Assembly: GCA_040954595.2 (NCBI GenBank)
Contig: CM082580.2
Coordinates: forward strand, 2,532,783-2,596,782
DNA length: 64,000 bases
Source: Balanoglossus misakiensis
Lineage: Eukaryota; Animalia; Hemichordata
Direction: 5' to 3'
In this document: positions 26,928-40,263 of the stretch, one piece after another
Layout: each line of letters opens with the position of its first letter
Position numbering within the stretch: position 1 is the first letter of the stretch
Made by a program: the position numbers and the translations under genes
Notes under the pieces: generated by a model
Told to the model about the DNA's origin: nothing
Database searches by the model: none
What the model saw: only the letters and a program-made list of their open reading frames with translations

Positions 26928-28887
26928 GCGTAGCGCTACTCAAGTCAAGAAAATGCAACATCATGCTGTACGCAAAGTGACGTCGCGACGTGAAAAAAAC
27001 TAATCTGATAATGATTAAGAAGTATATGTGCCTTTTTATTCAAATAGTTTGTTTGCATTGTTAGATATTGGATTGAGTTCATTGAGTTTAACCCATTTTA
27101 TTCAGTTTGTGGTAGAACAGAGAATCTGATTTTGGCAATTTTGCAATTTCGAAGTATGTAAACTACTGACTTAATTTGTGTCACGTTTGCCGTGGTTTTT
27201 ACTCACGTTATGTTTATGTTAGTGTGCATGGGTTAAAGACTATCGTACCAGAATATGCGACAAATAGCCACAGGTTATGTTTAAGTATATGTATTCTCCG
27301 AGCACATAGTAATCACAGTACATTCTGTTTGTATGGATATTAAAGTGAGCCTCTGTGTCAACAATGTTATTGTGAGAGTCGTTTCTGTTGTATACTAAGG
27401 ATCGGAATTCCCAGCCACTTTGAGTTGCGCAGATTCGCATAAAATCGGTCGTTCTGGCCGCGTTATGCCACCAGCTGTGGTTCTGGAACGTACTGTGGAG
27501 TCTGTGTGTATTACTTCATATACTCGATCAAAAAAAGTTTTTTTCCATCAACAAAATATACCCCTCTCCGTTAATACCAATCTATAGACAATATAAGACA
27601 TTCCATTTGATTTTTACAATGTCAAGAGTAGTCCAAGAAATGTTTAGCCACGCTTTTTCTTGGGGGATCTTATTTATACCCAAATGTGATGTAGAGGCCT
27701 CTCATAGAAACAAGGTAACCAGAGCAACCGAGAGAATCGCCCACAGCGTGGCTATGTTGGTCGGAGCCGAGCAGATGACTGGCGGGGTGAGTTCGCCGCA
27801 ATCGTCGGGCACATCGCCGATGCAGGCCGCAGACGGCGTACTTCATGGCGTAGAAGATGTGGGTCTGCTCGTGGGTGGTGTGGAAGAGATGGGACATGGG
27901 ACCCTTGGCGTAGATGTTGACATCCTCGCCGTCGTGGCCGGCCCACTTGTTGCGGATGAGAGCTTGCTGCAAGTACGATGCGGATTCTGCAAAACCAGGC
28001 GGTGAAAATATCGAGTGAGTGTGGAATGCAAGTATATATAGGTTGGGTTATATAGTCATTCACACAAACTCCACACCATTATGGTACGTTTGATGATGGT
28101 TTCGTAAAAGTGTCAATATACGCGTACCCTATAGTGGGGTATGTGTACAAAATTAGTTTGCCACAACAAACAGATAAAATTACCCGTGTCCACGTTGGTC
28201 AAATCCGGCCGATAACCGGTTTAATTAATCGCCTGAAGGACAGATTTAGCCCCTGGGTCATCCGGATAAAGCAACGCACGGTGGTAAACGGACGACCGTC
28301 CAAGTTCTTTTCGAGGTCGTCTGTCCCTGTGCACGTGGGGGAGAAACATGAATTAGATCAGTACACTAGATTTGCAGCGTCGTTTAGCATAAAATGTTTG
28401 CACCTCGGACACCGTACATTTATTTACAGAAGGTTTCTGATCCTGTAGGCCCGACTGATTGTGCAGTGTTTTACCATAGACAGTCTGTCTATGGTTTTAC
28501 GTACCATGATACATTTCGCAAACGCCGCGATGATCTCCAAAATGTTTAGAATATGCGCGCGTACATGTTATGTCCATACAGCCAAATTTATGGGCGGGAG
28601 GTCGGCTCTTACCTAAGATAGGATTTCCACGACTTGGATACCCTAGTATGTTGAATGAATAGCTGTGGTCGGCAGTCACGAGCGTGAGAGTGTCGTCATC
28701 GCTGAGAAGGTCGCCACCCTTCTTGACCGCATCTTCAAAAGCGACGCCATCAACCAGAGCGTGGAACGCTTTACCGTCGTGGTGGCTGTGGTCCATTCTT
28801 CCTTCTACAATATATTGGCAGGCAGGTAGCAGCAATGATTGTAGCGGGTGCTGCTAGGTTGATTGGTGTTCGCAGCCCTACCAGTTA
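24827..28887 (+). repeat. Recent segmental duplicate of 5765-9543 (VWDE-like 3' end, intergenic DNA and alkaline phosphatase 3' end)
   Basis: Exons, introns and intergenic sequence are near-identical. Main differences are an insertion at 26113-26872 and absence of the 7905-8355 segment. Confidence 0.95.
26113..26872 (+). mobile_element. Non-autonomous element with asymmetric inverted repeats and terminal hairpin (CryptonV- or Helentron-like)
   Basis: Absent from the paralogous intron at ~7065. tttatcacatacatag(c)tccgc at the 5' end is inverted at 26730-26751, then followed by the hairpin tataattcccccgtatt...aatacgggggaattata. The same hairpin occurs at 46105-46265. Confidence 0.65.
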
Positions 28888-28888
28888 A

Positions 28889-29073
28889 AGGTATACGGTC
28901 ACCTATGGAAAATTAGCTATAGTTACCATGGCGAATTGCGATCTAGCCAATCACAGATTTTCAGTGGGTGGCACACGCGAAAAAAAGAGCGCCACCATAT
29001 GTTCTTTAGAACGCTCAAATACGCCATTTCAGCTAAATATGGGCGTATGTAAATTGGAGGTGACTGTATACCT
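28889..29073. mobile_element. Kolobok-type MITE
   Basis: TIRs aggtatacggtcacct / aggtgactgtatacct with a TTAA target duplication. Confidence 0.8.
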
Positions 29074-29110
29074 TTAACCTACCAGCATTGCAGCTGACAG
29101 ACAGACAGAT

Positions 29111-29413
29111 GCTATGCACAATTATATTATACCAGTATATTGATGGTGTAAATCACGCTATTTTATTGGTCGAGACACGACACGTGACTGTGATATATTC
29201 GTCAAATACCAGTCATATATCACGCAAAACTCATAGTCAAAGAAAATGCCTTTTTAAAATGTTTTATGCAAAGTTTCAATATACTGGTATAATATAATAG
29301 CAATAAAACACCCCCAGCCATGGTATACCACTCGATTTTGACCAGTTCAACTCCATATACGCACGAGCGATAGCGAGTGCGTATACCATGGCTGGGGGTG
29401 TTTTATTGCTTAA
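29111..29413 (+). mobile_element. Non-autonomous element with asymmetric inverted repeats and terminal hairpin (CryptonV-like)
   Basis: ttatattataccagtatattga is inverted at 29276-29297, followed by the hairpin gcaataaaacacccccagccatggtatac...gtataccatggctgggggtgttttattgc. A second copy is at 51612-51900. Confidence 0.7.
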
Positions 29414-32164
29414 ATACACGATGGATACTAATTGGTGCTATACGATGTATACGTACCTTCAGCCAGTAGAAAAAAAACTTTTCTCTCCTTTCGAAGGATT
29501 CGGGCGGCCTTTTCAACCATTTCGGCCAACCTTGGTTCGTTGGTTCTGTTCGCTTCATACTGCATGTGGCTCGGTTCAAACACGCCTGTTTCAAAGTACG
29601 AGAAGACGGAGCGTCAATTGCAACATAGGCAGTAGATTATAGTTGGAGGAAATCACAATTACATGTACTAGTATCATAATAAAGTTTGGGGTTTTTCAAT
29701 ACAATATCGTCACAGTTTGAATCTGTTTCGAGTGCTTACCGAGGAGGTAGTCTGTGTCAGCGGGGTCCACTTCATCGAAAGCCGTGCTGTTCCACACGAA
29801 AAACGCTCTTGAACCCTCCTTCGACGCTAGCCATTCGTCGATAAGGTTCAGTCCGTCCGTGCGTGCGTTGGCCATATTTCCCCGGGTACTCAAAATCTTC
29901 GGTGGTGTTTGGCAGGAGAGTCCTTCTACCGCCCCCTAGTATCACCTGAATACAAACTGACTCGAATTTTGTGAGTCATCTGATACTGGGGGAGTTGGTG
30001 TGCATTTGAAAGCGTTCAGATTACACTGAGTGATATCACCGACCCACACTCAAATTCCAAACTTGAACAACGACCATCCTTGCGCGAAGTGGTACACTTT
30101 TTGCCGGGTATTCGTAAACCCCATTGCAATTCCTCTGCCTCATTACCTTCATTCAGTCTGTTGCCGGGACTATTTTTCACCAGTTGGTAGGCGATGTCCC
30201 TGCAACCTTTAGCAGCTTCCGAGTCCGGGATGGTGACTTCCCAGGCTCGTTCGGGAGAGTGTGCGTATAGGTATTGGCCGGCGTTGCATGTGTGACACGA
30301 GTGGTCCCCACTATACCGGTAGCTTTACCTATAGAAACGATAACAAACAGCGGAACAGTAAGGCGACGAAAGAAAACGTGCATTCGCAAAATTCCACGAA
30401 AATTAGTAAAGTAGACCCATGAGACACCGAATGAGTATTTTTGTTTTCTGCTCCGGGTGCCTCTACAAGTCAAACTTCGTATAAAATTAGAATAGGTACA
30501 GAGTTCAACAAACATTGTAACTTTCGTGATGTTTGTCGTGTGTCAGAGTATCCTCCCATATAAACTGCCTATAGCCATGTGAGATCTCGCAGCTTCTCGT
30601 TGAGTTCAAAAAGTGGTCTATTACACTAAAAAAATCGGTTGGGTACAAACCGACATCTTTGGCGAGTTTCTGGATAGAATCCACTGTTGGGTTGAGATCG
30701 GTACAATTGAACGCGCTGCGCTGGTCCATGCCGATCGTGTTAGATTTGCTTTTCCCGCCGCACAGGTAGGCCGTTCCCGAAGCGGCAGAGTCGGTAACTT
30801 GTCGGTCGGCGCAATAGGTCTGCACAACATATTTGAGAAACAAAATCAGCCCTCAACTTCTCGAAACAGTGCTGTAGTGTACACGTGCACTTCCAACCTT
30901 AAGTGCATCGTTTAACGGTAGGTGATGGGCTTTCGTGGTGGGGTCACGTGCACCGTGCATCTTTTTGAATGAGAGAGACAGATTGTCTGAAATTTGATCC
31001 CTGCGTTTACGATATGGAGAGAAAAAATGGTCTTTATTTCCAAAAATATCCCCATACAATTACTTTTGATTAAAAAGGGAAAGGTTTTGGAGCACTGTGA
31101 TTTTTCTGTAAATCTGTTGTCGAGGGGTGTACCACATTTAGTCCCCTTTTAGTCCCATCATTCTTTGCGTGTTCGCGTTCCTTTGTGACGAAATGACATT
31201 TTCCAGTGATTAAACGCCTGTCGCCCAAGTCAGGAACAAAATTGTTTCCAGTACCGCTCATGTTTTTTTTTTCTCCGGTATTGTGATCATGAGATGACTG
31301 AACTATAACTTTAGTATGATCGACTGCTTAAGATCACTGACAGAAGAGAACCTGTCCTAACTTGTCAATGATTTTGAACAATGGAGTGAATGGGTTGAAT
31401 CGAGGACTTGTACAAAACGTCCTTGCGCTAAATACATGCAATGTGTCATTTTTATTTAAGTGTCTCACTGCGCCGCGCGTATGCGCCGCTCTACACAAAC
31501 GACGACGACGACTAAACTGACACGTCTACGTGACACTGTGCCAGCATAGGTCTACATATCCTTGGTTCACAATTAAAAGTCAACAATTTGACATGTACTG
31601 ATAAAAAGTTATTGAGCATAGCCAATATATATAACGTTACGTCTCTTTACACTACAGTACGTCATACGTGATCGAGTCGGCCTCGTTGCGGGGAGTATGA
31701 CCGTGATCCTAACTACCAACCCGCACAGGTCGTGCGTGGCGAATAGTCGATAAAACGACTTGACAACATGTACAACGGTTCGTCGTTAACTGTTTGGAGA
31801 CCGTGATCACGCCAGTAGCCAAACCAAACAGGCTTGGCGAGTGAATTTTCTACTACGGACTCGAACATTAAAAATACATGCTGAGACGTGCTGGACCTGC
31901 TAAAACTGTCTACAAATTGAAAAGAGAAAGAGAAGTTTGGTAAATAGTTTTCTAATATCGTCATATCATAATATCGTATGTCATAAATGTTGACCATCAT
32001 GCATCGCTTTAGTCCCGAGTCGGCCATCTTTGCCCGGAGATTTGTCTACCGGGTTTCCCCAGACCCTCTTTCTGGAGTGCCCAACGGAAGAAGCAGGGGG
32101 GTCTGGGTAACCGAGACTGGAAGCTGAGGATGAGGATGAGGATGAGGCCAACTTCACGGGCGGA

Positions 32165-32830
32165 GTTCACCACAAACGTTCACGTGACCTGTTATATGCA
32201 TGAGGCGTGACCTATATCAACGTACGTGTGTGGAGATCGACGGCCCAGCTGGGACTCGCACTGAAACGGCCTAAACAATTATTCCCAGTGCATTCCCTTG
32301 CACTCAAGGTATATATAGTCAATCATACATCGCTGATTGTTTCTGCAGTGCTGGAACAAAGGTAGGTAGTGTTGTAGAAACGAGGTCATTGGGTCATTCA
32401 CGCGAAACGTTTAAGAAGTGGTGAGGCATTCTCCTTGCTTCAGAAAATAAATGGATGACTGGAATCGGACTGACATCAGATGAAGAGATAGGCGGCGTGG
32501 GACGGCGTCTAGCTTGGTCTTCTGCTGTAAAGCAAAAGGCTGCCTACCTGTACACCTTATTTCAATCAGATTTGGCTGCATGGTGCATGTAGTCCAGTAT
32601 GATTACATGAAGCAGACAAACACGAAATCCCTACGCATAGAGTGTGAGATGATAAAACCCGTTTTGTATTTTTAATGTCCTGTGCGACCGCGATATATGT
32701 CAGGGTGACCTTACCTATGGTGACCTTATATTGACCGATGACTGAATTGTCGCGGCTGTTAACAATGTTGTAATCAGAGACTGCTGGCTGTCATGTGATC
32801 TCTAATACTTCGGTGGCTTTCGAACTTGAC
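32165..32830 (+). repeat. Duplicated upstream/promoter block of the oxidase repeat unit
   Basis: Closely matches 40780-41518 and, in part, 35976-36285 (gttcaccacaaac..., cccagctgggactcgcactgaaacggcctaaaca). Confidence 0.85.
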
Positions 32831-35449
32831 TTGGCGACACATGAGAAACTGTATGACTTGTGTATTGTGGGCGCAGGCCTTATGGGATCTGCGGCAGCCA
32901 GACATGCTACATTGCTTGTCCCGGAGTTGAAAGTCTGTCTGATTGGTCCCAAAGAACCAAAGGTAAGATTAGAGTCATTGATAGTATCGCTGATTTTGCT
33001 AATCTACTTGTCACTTATCAACTTCACACAATATTGAGTGAAAAGTCTTTCTGAGTGCAATTCCATTTCGAGTAGTCCACCAGAGAAAGAACACTTGCAA
33101 GAGATACTAAGAAAACGCCCACACTTAACTGTTTATGATTTGATTGTTTGTGAGTGCAATGACGATTTCGTGCTTCATGTTATCGCGTTATCCGGCCCTG
33201 CAGGATATGCGTGAGTGCGACCACGGAATCTTTGCGTCCCACTACGATGAAGGACGTATTGCAACGGTACTTTTGAGCGATGTCATCAGAGCCGAGTTAG
33301 CGAAAAGGAGCATGGCTCGCTTCGGAGATATCGAACAACGGACAGGTATAGAAAGTCTGTCTCTGTGCACGCTATGGACACGAGGCATTAATAATGGCTT
33401 ATGCGCATCTCGAATTTGAAACTTTAGAGTTAGTGTATTACATTTGATGATGTTGGTGTTTTATCAAGAATGAAATGTTTTCATGAAATACCTAATACTA
33501 CATGTCATGTGAACAGGGCGTCTTGTTCTCAATACATCTAATGTAACAATACATTTGTCTCTGAGACGACATGGGGATGGGAAACTGTTTTCAGAGGCAA
33601 GTGACCACGTAATTGGAAGGAAGCTGATTAATTCACAGCACCTGCGTCTTATTTCCGAGTCTGTGATGTGTTCATTGACGTTGTAGATCGGGTGACTGAA
33701 GTTGACCAACCAAGTGGTGTGGAGTCGGGGCATAAGCAATCTTGATTGATCACCACAAAGTAAAAGTATGTTTGAAACTATGTGCTATTCTCCAATAACG
33801 TGTCTTCTTATTTTCAGGCATTGAGTTCTTTAAACAAGTTGGCCACATTTCACTAGGCCCACAAGGTAATGAATACCACAAAAAGGTTGAGCGAACAACT
33901 GCTCAGATGTCGACTAAAGTCTCAATTTTGGATCGGAAAACCGTTCACGAGAAGTTCCCATGCCTGTCAGTGAGAAAAGAAGATGATGCGATCATGTTTT
34001 TCGAGAATGGTGGTCACGTGAGTCCACGGAAGCTGATTGAGGCACAGCAGAAAGAGGCTCAACTCCAAGGCTGTGATATATTCAATGACGTTGTAGATCA
34101 GGTGACTGAAGTTGACCAATCAGGCGATGGAAAGTATATGAAGGTATCTACAGCCAATGGGTGGATATATCGTGCAAGGAAGGTACTGCTTACACCGGGA
34201 GCTTTCATTGGATTTCGGGATTTACTCCCTCCCGGGATGGAACTTGACGTGACGTTATATAAGGCCAGACTTGTCTTCGTTGAATTATCAGAAAATGACG
34301 TGGAACGATTGAGAGAAATGCCTATGGTTGGGTGGAAGTATGAATTCGAAGGGCGACGTTGCTACGTCTTACCCCCCATCAAATACCCAGACGGTAAATA
34401 TCAAACTCAACAAACGGCTGTTTATTTGTGTCTTTTAAATCATTTACCCAATCATTGCGATAGTATGAGCGCTAAAACATGACACATCCTCATTCTATAG
34501 TGCGCCTTCTACGAACTTATTGAACGTCCGGTCCCTCTATTGATTGATGCTCCACAGTGTCACAATTAGGCGGGGTATATTGAACGTTCTTACCGGACTT
34601 TTTTCACACAACAGCGCGTGTAAAAAAAACATGATAATCATAAAAAACACAAACATCATTTTCAGACAAATGGAAACATGTAATACATATTTTAGTTATA
34701 GTCTGTTTTGATGCCGTAGTTTTGATGTATAGGCCTACAGTCTTACTTTATTGACATGGTGGTAACTTTAGGGAGCCATATATGTCGCCTGTCTTGTCAT
34801 CTGGTCTGGAATCCAGACATGGTGTGTTTTTTAGAGATATACTCACACACGTATATTTCACGTTCGCTTCTCAGGCAAGTACTACATTAAAATAGGACAA
34901 CGTACATTTGAGGAACTGTTTACTGATGCTGAAGTAGCCGAACATTTCAAACGGGACTCTACTCAAATCGATCCAGACCCACATATCCTTGATTTGCTCT
35001 TGGATCTAGTAAAAGGTAAACACGCAAAAAGGGTTTCTTAGTCTGTCGTCACTGCACACATTTGAGAGCAAACTTGAGATCACAACAAAACGACTCATGT
35101 TTATTTGATTGTTTTTGCTATCACTCTGCCCTATCGTGCATTCTCAACAAAACCCATACGTTAAGCTTATGGGTGCAAATGTGTAAGATTTTTCACTATT
35201 TTACCAGATCTTGAAATCGTTTCTGTCCGTGGAGGTTCCTGCGTTACATCACACACACCTAATGGGTACATCTACTGTGACATGGTAACCCCAACCCTTG
35301 GAGTTGCGAATGCCGGAAACGGATGTTCAGCCATGTTATCGGATGAAATTGGTAGAATGGCCGCACGGATGATTATTTCTGGAAAATGGGACCATGATCT
35401 TCCAAAGGAAAATTTTCGAGCAGTGTTCAAAGTAACGACGCCACAATAA
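32831..35449 (+). CDS. Sarcosine-oxidase-like FAD-dependent oxidoreductase (DAO family), copy A; start ATG lost
   Basis: Five exons at ~32831-32961 (YDLCIVGAGLMGSAAARH, Rossmann motif), 33204-33346 (FASHYDEGRI), 33819-34393, 34875-35015 and 35208-35449 (SCVTSHTP...GNGCSAMLSDEIG). The frame is open, but a 9-nt deletion relative to copy D removes the A of ATG. Confidence 0.8.
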
Positions 35450-36442
35450 ATGGCAAGGTTGCGATAAGAGTATATTGCTTTCTTCAACAAAGTTCAGCTA
35501 TACAGTGCTGAATAAAATAGCGTTTGCAGACGGTCGGAATCTTTAATAGTGCGTGTTTGTTTAGGCACGTGTCTATCACAGGGTATTTAAAATGTGTCTG
35601 TCATTTGTGTACCCGGCTCTTCAATAAATTGAAAAATTCTGATTTTTTTCATAGCCCCTTAAAATACTGTGGTGTTTTTTGTGGGACACCCCCCTCCATT
35701 TTCATGTAAAGAAAATCTATACCCCCCCCCCCCTTCGGAAATCCTCCACCCCCTGGAAGTATTTTCTGAATACTCCCTAACTCAAATAATTCTAACTAAA
35801 CTGATAATCATTATCCTTAATGACGATCGCAGTTCAGTTATAATCTTCCAAACTGGCTTGTGGCCTGGTTGATGAAGGTAGTAGCCGACATTCGATGACC
35901 CCTGTGCGCGTACGTTCACATGCTGGTGGCGTGACCACCCAATAAACAAGCGACATTGCTCGTATTGCGTTCAGGGTTCACCACAAACGTTCACATGACC
36001 TGTCATATGCATATGTTAATGAGCCCCGTACATGAGACGTGACCTGTACAGTATCAACGTGTGTGGAGATCGACGGCCCAGCTGGGACTCGCACTGAAAC
36101 GGCCTAAACACTTATTCCCAGTGCATTCCCTTGCACTCAAGGTATAGTCAATCATACATCGCTGATTGTTTCTGTAGTGCGGGAGCAAAGGTATATAGGT
36201 ATAGTGTGGTAGAATCGAGGTCATGGGGCCATCCACGCCAAACATTTAGTTGCAAGAAGCGAAGAGGCCATCTTGCTTCAGAAAAAATGGTTTCATTACA
36301 GTCCCTGTGACAAAGGGATGGGAACTCATATGAAAATTGAGAAAATACTGATGACCTTCTTGCATTAATTGACAATTAAAACTTGTGTCATCGGTGATTA
36401 CAGGCTGTCATTCGATCTCTTATACTTCGTTGCCTTAGGAAC

Positions 36443-39400
36443 ATGGCGACACAAACTATGAAACTGTATGACTTGTGTATTGTGGGCGCAGGCCTTATGG
36501 GATCTGCGGCAGCCAGACATGCTACATTGCTTGTCCCGGAGTTGAGAGTCTGTCTGATTGGTCCCAAAGAACCAAAGGTACGATTAGAGTCATTGATTGT
36601 ATCGCCGATTTTAACTGTACCTTGCTTATTAAAGGTATACAATCACAATAATTTACATATGCCCATATATGGTGCTTTATGCCCAAATTTCGTGCTGCAT
36701 TCTTTCTCATTATCTCCCTGCAGGACATGAAAGAGTGCGACCACGGAATCTTTGCGTCCCACTACGACGAAGGACGCGTGGCGTCAATGATTTCTAATGA
36801 TGTCACCAAGGCCGAGTTGGCGAAAAGGAGCATCGCTCGATTCAGAGATATCGAACAACGAACAGGTAGACAGAGTCTGTCCCTTTCAACGCTATGGAAA
36901 AGAGACATTAATAGCCTATGGGCAATTTATGCACATCTCGATTCAAAACTTTAGAGTTAGTGTATTACATTGGATGATGGCTAAGCTTTTATCAAGAATG
37001 TTTTATCAAGAATGAAATGTTTTCATTAAACACCTTCTATTGTCCTGAAACGAACATCTCGTTCTCATACAGGTGTATGATGTTAGCCCAGGGGGGTCAA
37101 ATTTAAAATCCATACGAAAAAAAATTGAGCAAACGACCGCAAATATGTCGATTAAAACGTCAAATTGGGATAAGAAAGTCCTTCGTGTAAAATATCTCTA
37201 GATCATGATGTGTTCAATGACGTTGCAGATCAGGTGACTGAAGTTGACCAACCAAGTGGTGAGGATTCAGGGAATAAACCATTTCATTACTCATCACAAC
37301 GTATGTGTGAACACATGAACGATTCTCCGATTACGTGACTTCTTATTTTCAGGCATTGAGTTCTATAAACAAGTTGGCCACATTTTGTTTACTCAAGGAG
37401 ACAAAGAGGTTGGGCCATCAACTCCAGATAAGTCAAGGAAAACCTGGATTTGGGATAGGAAGACCATTCAGGAGAAATATCCCTATATGTCTGTGAGTCA
37501 GAATTGGGATACGATCAAGTTTTCAGAGACATGTGGTCACGTGAGTGCAAGGAAGCTGATTGATGCACAGCAAAAAGAGGCTCATCTCCAAGGCTGTGAT
37601 ATATTCAGTGACGTTGTAGACCAGGTGACTGAAGTTGACCAATCAGGCGATGGAAAGTATATGAAGGTATCTACAGCCAATGGTGGGCTATACCGTGCAA
37701 GGAAGGTACTGCTTACACCAGGAGCTTTCATTGGATTTCGGGATTTACTCCCTCCCGGGAAGGAACTGGACGTGACGTTATATAAGGCCAGACTTGTCTT
37801 CGTTGAATTATCAGAAAATGACGTGGAACGATTGAGAGAAATGCCCATAATTACGTGGACGCGTGATGTCGAAGGACGACGTCCCTACATTCTACCACCC
37901 ATCAAATACCCAGACGGTAAATATCAAATTCGACAAACTGCTGTTTATCCGTATTTTTGAATTTTTTTACTCTCGTTCTGGTGTGAGTGGTAAAACATGA
38001 CTCATCCTCATTCGAGTGCGACTTTTACGAACTTCAGGAACTTTCTTCTGTCTTTCATGGAACTTAAGGAGTCATGAATGTCAAAGGTCCTGTCATATCC
38101 CCCCTCCCGCAAAGAACGAATATTAATATAATGTTACATTCGCTTCGTTCACAGGCAAATACTACGTTAAAATAGGAAAACGTTCATTTGGAACACTGCA
38201 TACAGCTGTTGAAGTTGCCGAATATTTCAAACGGGACCCTTCTAAAGTCGAGGTAGACCAAGAGCTCCTTGATTTGCTCTTGGATCTAGTAAAAGGTAAA
38301 AAAATAACACTAAACAGGTTTTTTCGTCTATTTTCGATGCACAGTTATGAGAGAAAACTTGCGATCAAATCAGAATAGGACATCCATCAAAAGGACTCCT
38401 GTTTGTAGTTCGGATACTCTTCTTTGGATCCATTACGCGAAAACCCGTATGATCAGGCAAGAGTTTTTGCTATCGAGCTTTCTACTATTTGACCAAACTG
38501 TATACATTGTATTAGATTATCTATCTGGGTGAGATATTCCGGCTTTTTATTTATGATTGATGTAAGGGCCTGGTCAGAATTAACAGGGAGGAGGGCTGGT
38601 GCGATTGGGGGGAGGGTCACCATTTTTCATGCAACAGTTTGGGGGAGGGCCGCTGCATTTTGGGCACGAGTCAGGGGGCGGGTCACTAATTGTTGTGCAA
38701 GGAAGACACCGAAAATGTTTCACGACAGTTTTTTGGGGATTGAAAACTGTATATAATTTCTTAAGGGGAAGGGGATCACAGTACGATATTTTACCCACAA
38801 TTCTCCATTTTTCTGTTTTAGATACTAACAATGATATGAAGTACATATAACTGTATTTAGTTGTATCTAGGAAAGGTATGTTAAGGAATTAGAGTGAAAA
38901 TTTCAAAATCAAAATATAATAGCCATAGAAATCAAAGTATTCATGTACTGCAAATGTCACAGTTTGGAAGAAACGAGCAATGACTAACTGTGGTGGCAAG
39001 TCTCTGTTGAAAGTTAACATGTAAATTTCCATTGTTCTGTCAATAGTAAAAATCTATATCTTTTTGTTTGATTAATCAGGTGTTTCAAGTGTTTTACTTC
39101 AATTTTTTGTATGACTGGCTATGTAATTGCTTGATTATTTTATAAAATTTGTATCTCCTCTTTCAATAATTTTCTTAATCATATGAAATGATAATTGACA
39201 ATACGATTCGCCTTTAATGTATGCTCTCAAAATTTGTATTAGGCTGCATTCACAAACACCTCTGGATGGGGCGGGAGAATTGAGGGGGATTTAAAAAAAA
39301 ATTGAGGGTATGTAAGGGGGGATTTGAAATAGGGACTGAAAGGGGGGACTTGAAAACTTTGAGGACTAACTTGTGAGTCCACAAAAATGCAGTTTTGAAC

Positions 39401-40263
39401 CCTTCATAATTCAAGTTTTTTCTAATGTGGGAGGGGGACACCCCCTCCCACCCTTCATTCATCAACACTTTCCAATTATTGACTGGTTTATCTAGTGTCC
39501 TAGGTCAGGGGACTTGCCCCTCCCCCAATGCCAACTACATGTATGAGCGGCGAAGGTTAAATTTGTCCTCCCCAACATACAGGTAGTTGAGTTAATTTGC
39601 TTTTGGGTTCATTAAAATGCAGCTTTGAGCTCTGTTTTTTTTATAAAGTTTTCTTACCAAACCCCCTTTCACTTCTCAGTTACGTCTGCCAACACGGAAT
39701 ACAAATGCTTAAAAAATATAAACAATGTTCAGTTTTAATACCCACTGATGAAGACATCAGTTTCAAATTATTTTCTTTACACAAGTGAACTTTTCCTGGT
39801 TTGACTGAGTAATCTCTGATTGTACCAATAAGAATGAATCATGGGATATTTCACGTACTGTGGGGAGGGTCACTTGCAGTATTTTTAAAGCATTCAGATT
39901 TCAAATCGCACCAGCCTCCCCCCCCCCCCTGCTATTTCTGACCAGGCCCTAACCACTTATTGCGTGACCAGATATCTATCAGGATAGTTGTCCGAAATTT
40001 CAATATGAATAAGATTTGTCACTATTTTAACAGATATCGAAGTCGTGTCCGTACGCGGAGGTTCCTGCGTTACAGCTCACACACCCACTGGGTACATCTA
40101 CTGTGACATGATAACTCCAACCCTTGGAGTTGTGACTGGTGGAAATGGATACTCGGCCATGTCGTCGGATGAAATTGGTAGAATGGCCGCCCGGATGATT
40201 ATTTCTGGAAAATGGGACCATGATCTTCCAAGGCAGAAGTTTCGAGCAATGTTCAGAACTTAA
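36443..40263 (+). CDS. Sarcosine-oxidase-like FAD-dependent oxidoreductase, copy B
   Basis: Exons at ~36443-36577, 36724-36866, 37353-37916, 38155-38295 and 40034-40263. Same motifs as copy A; ends AMFRT*. Confidence 0.88.
38566..39949. mobile_element. PIF/Harbinger-type MITE containing a nested partial copy of the 12228 family
   Basis: TIRs gggcctggtcagaa / ttctgaccaggccc with a TAA TSD. The segment 39242-~39785 begins ggctgcattcacaaacacctc and matches the element starting at 12228. Confidence 0.85.

Larger units (their letters stand above)
27702..30819 (-). pseudogene. Alkaline phosphatase pseudogene (GPI-anchored metazoan type)
   Basis: Exons at 30819-30651 (QVTDSAASGTAYLCG, catalytic Ser), 30329-30147 (GIVGTTRVTHATPA; 2-nt insertion at ~30260), 29946-29740 (VILGGGR; 4-nt duplication at ~29863), 28805-28614 (EGRMDHSHH, VTADHS) and 27987-27702 (GHDGEDV; 7-nt insertion at ~27833). 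The 5' exons and two internal exons were not found. Confidence 0.9.
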
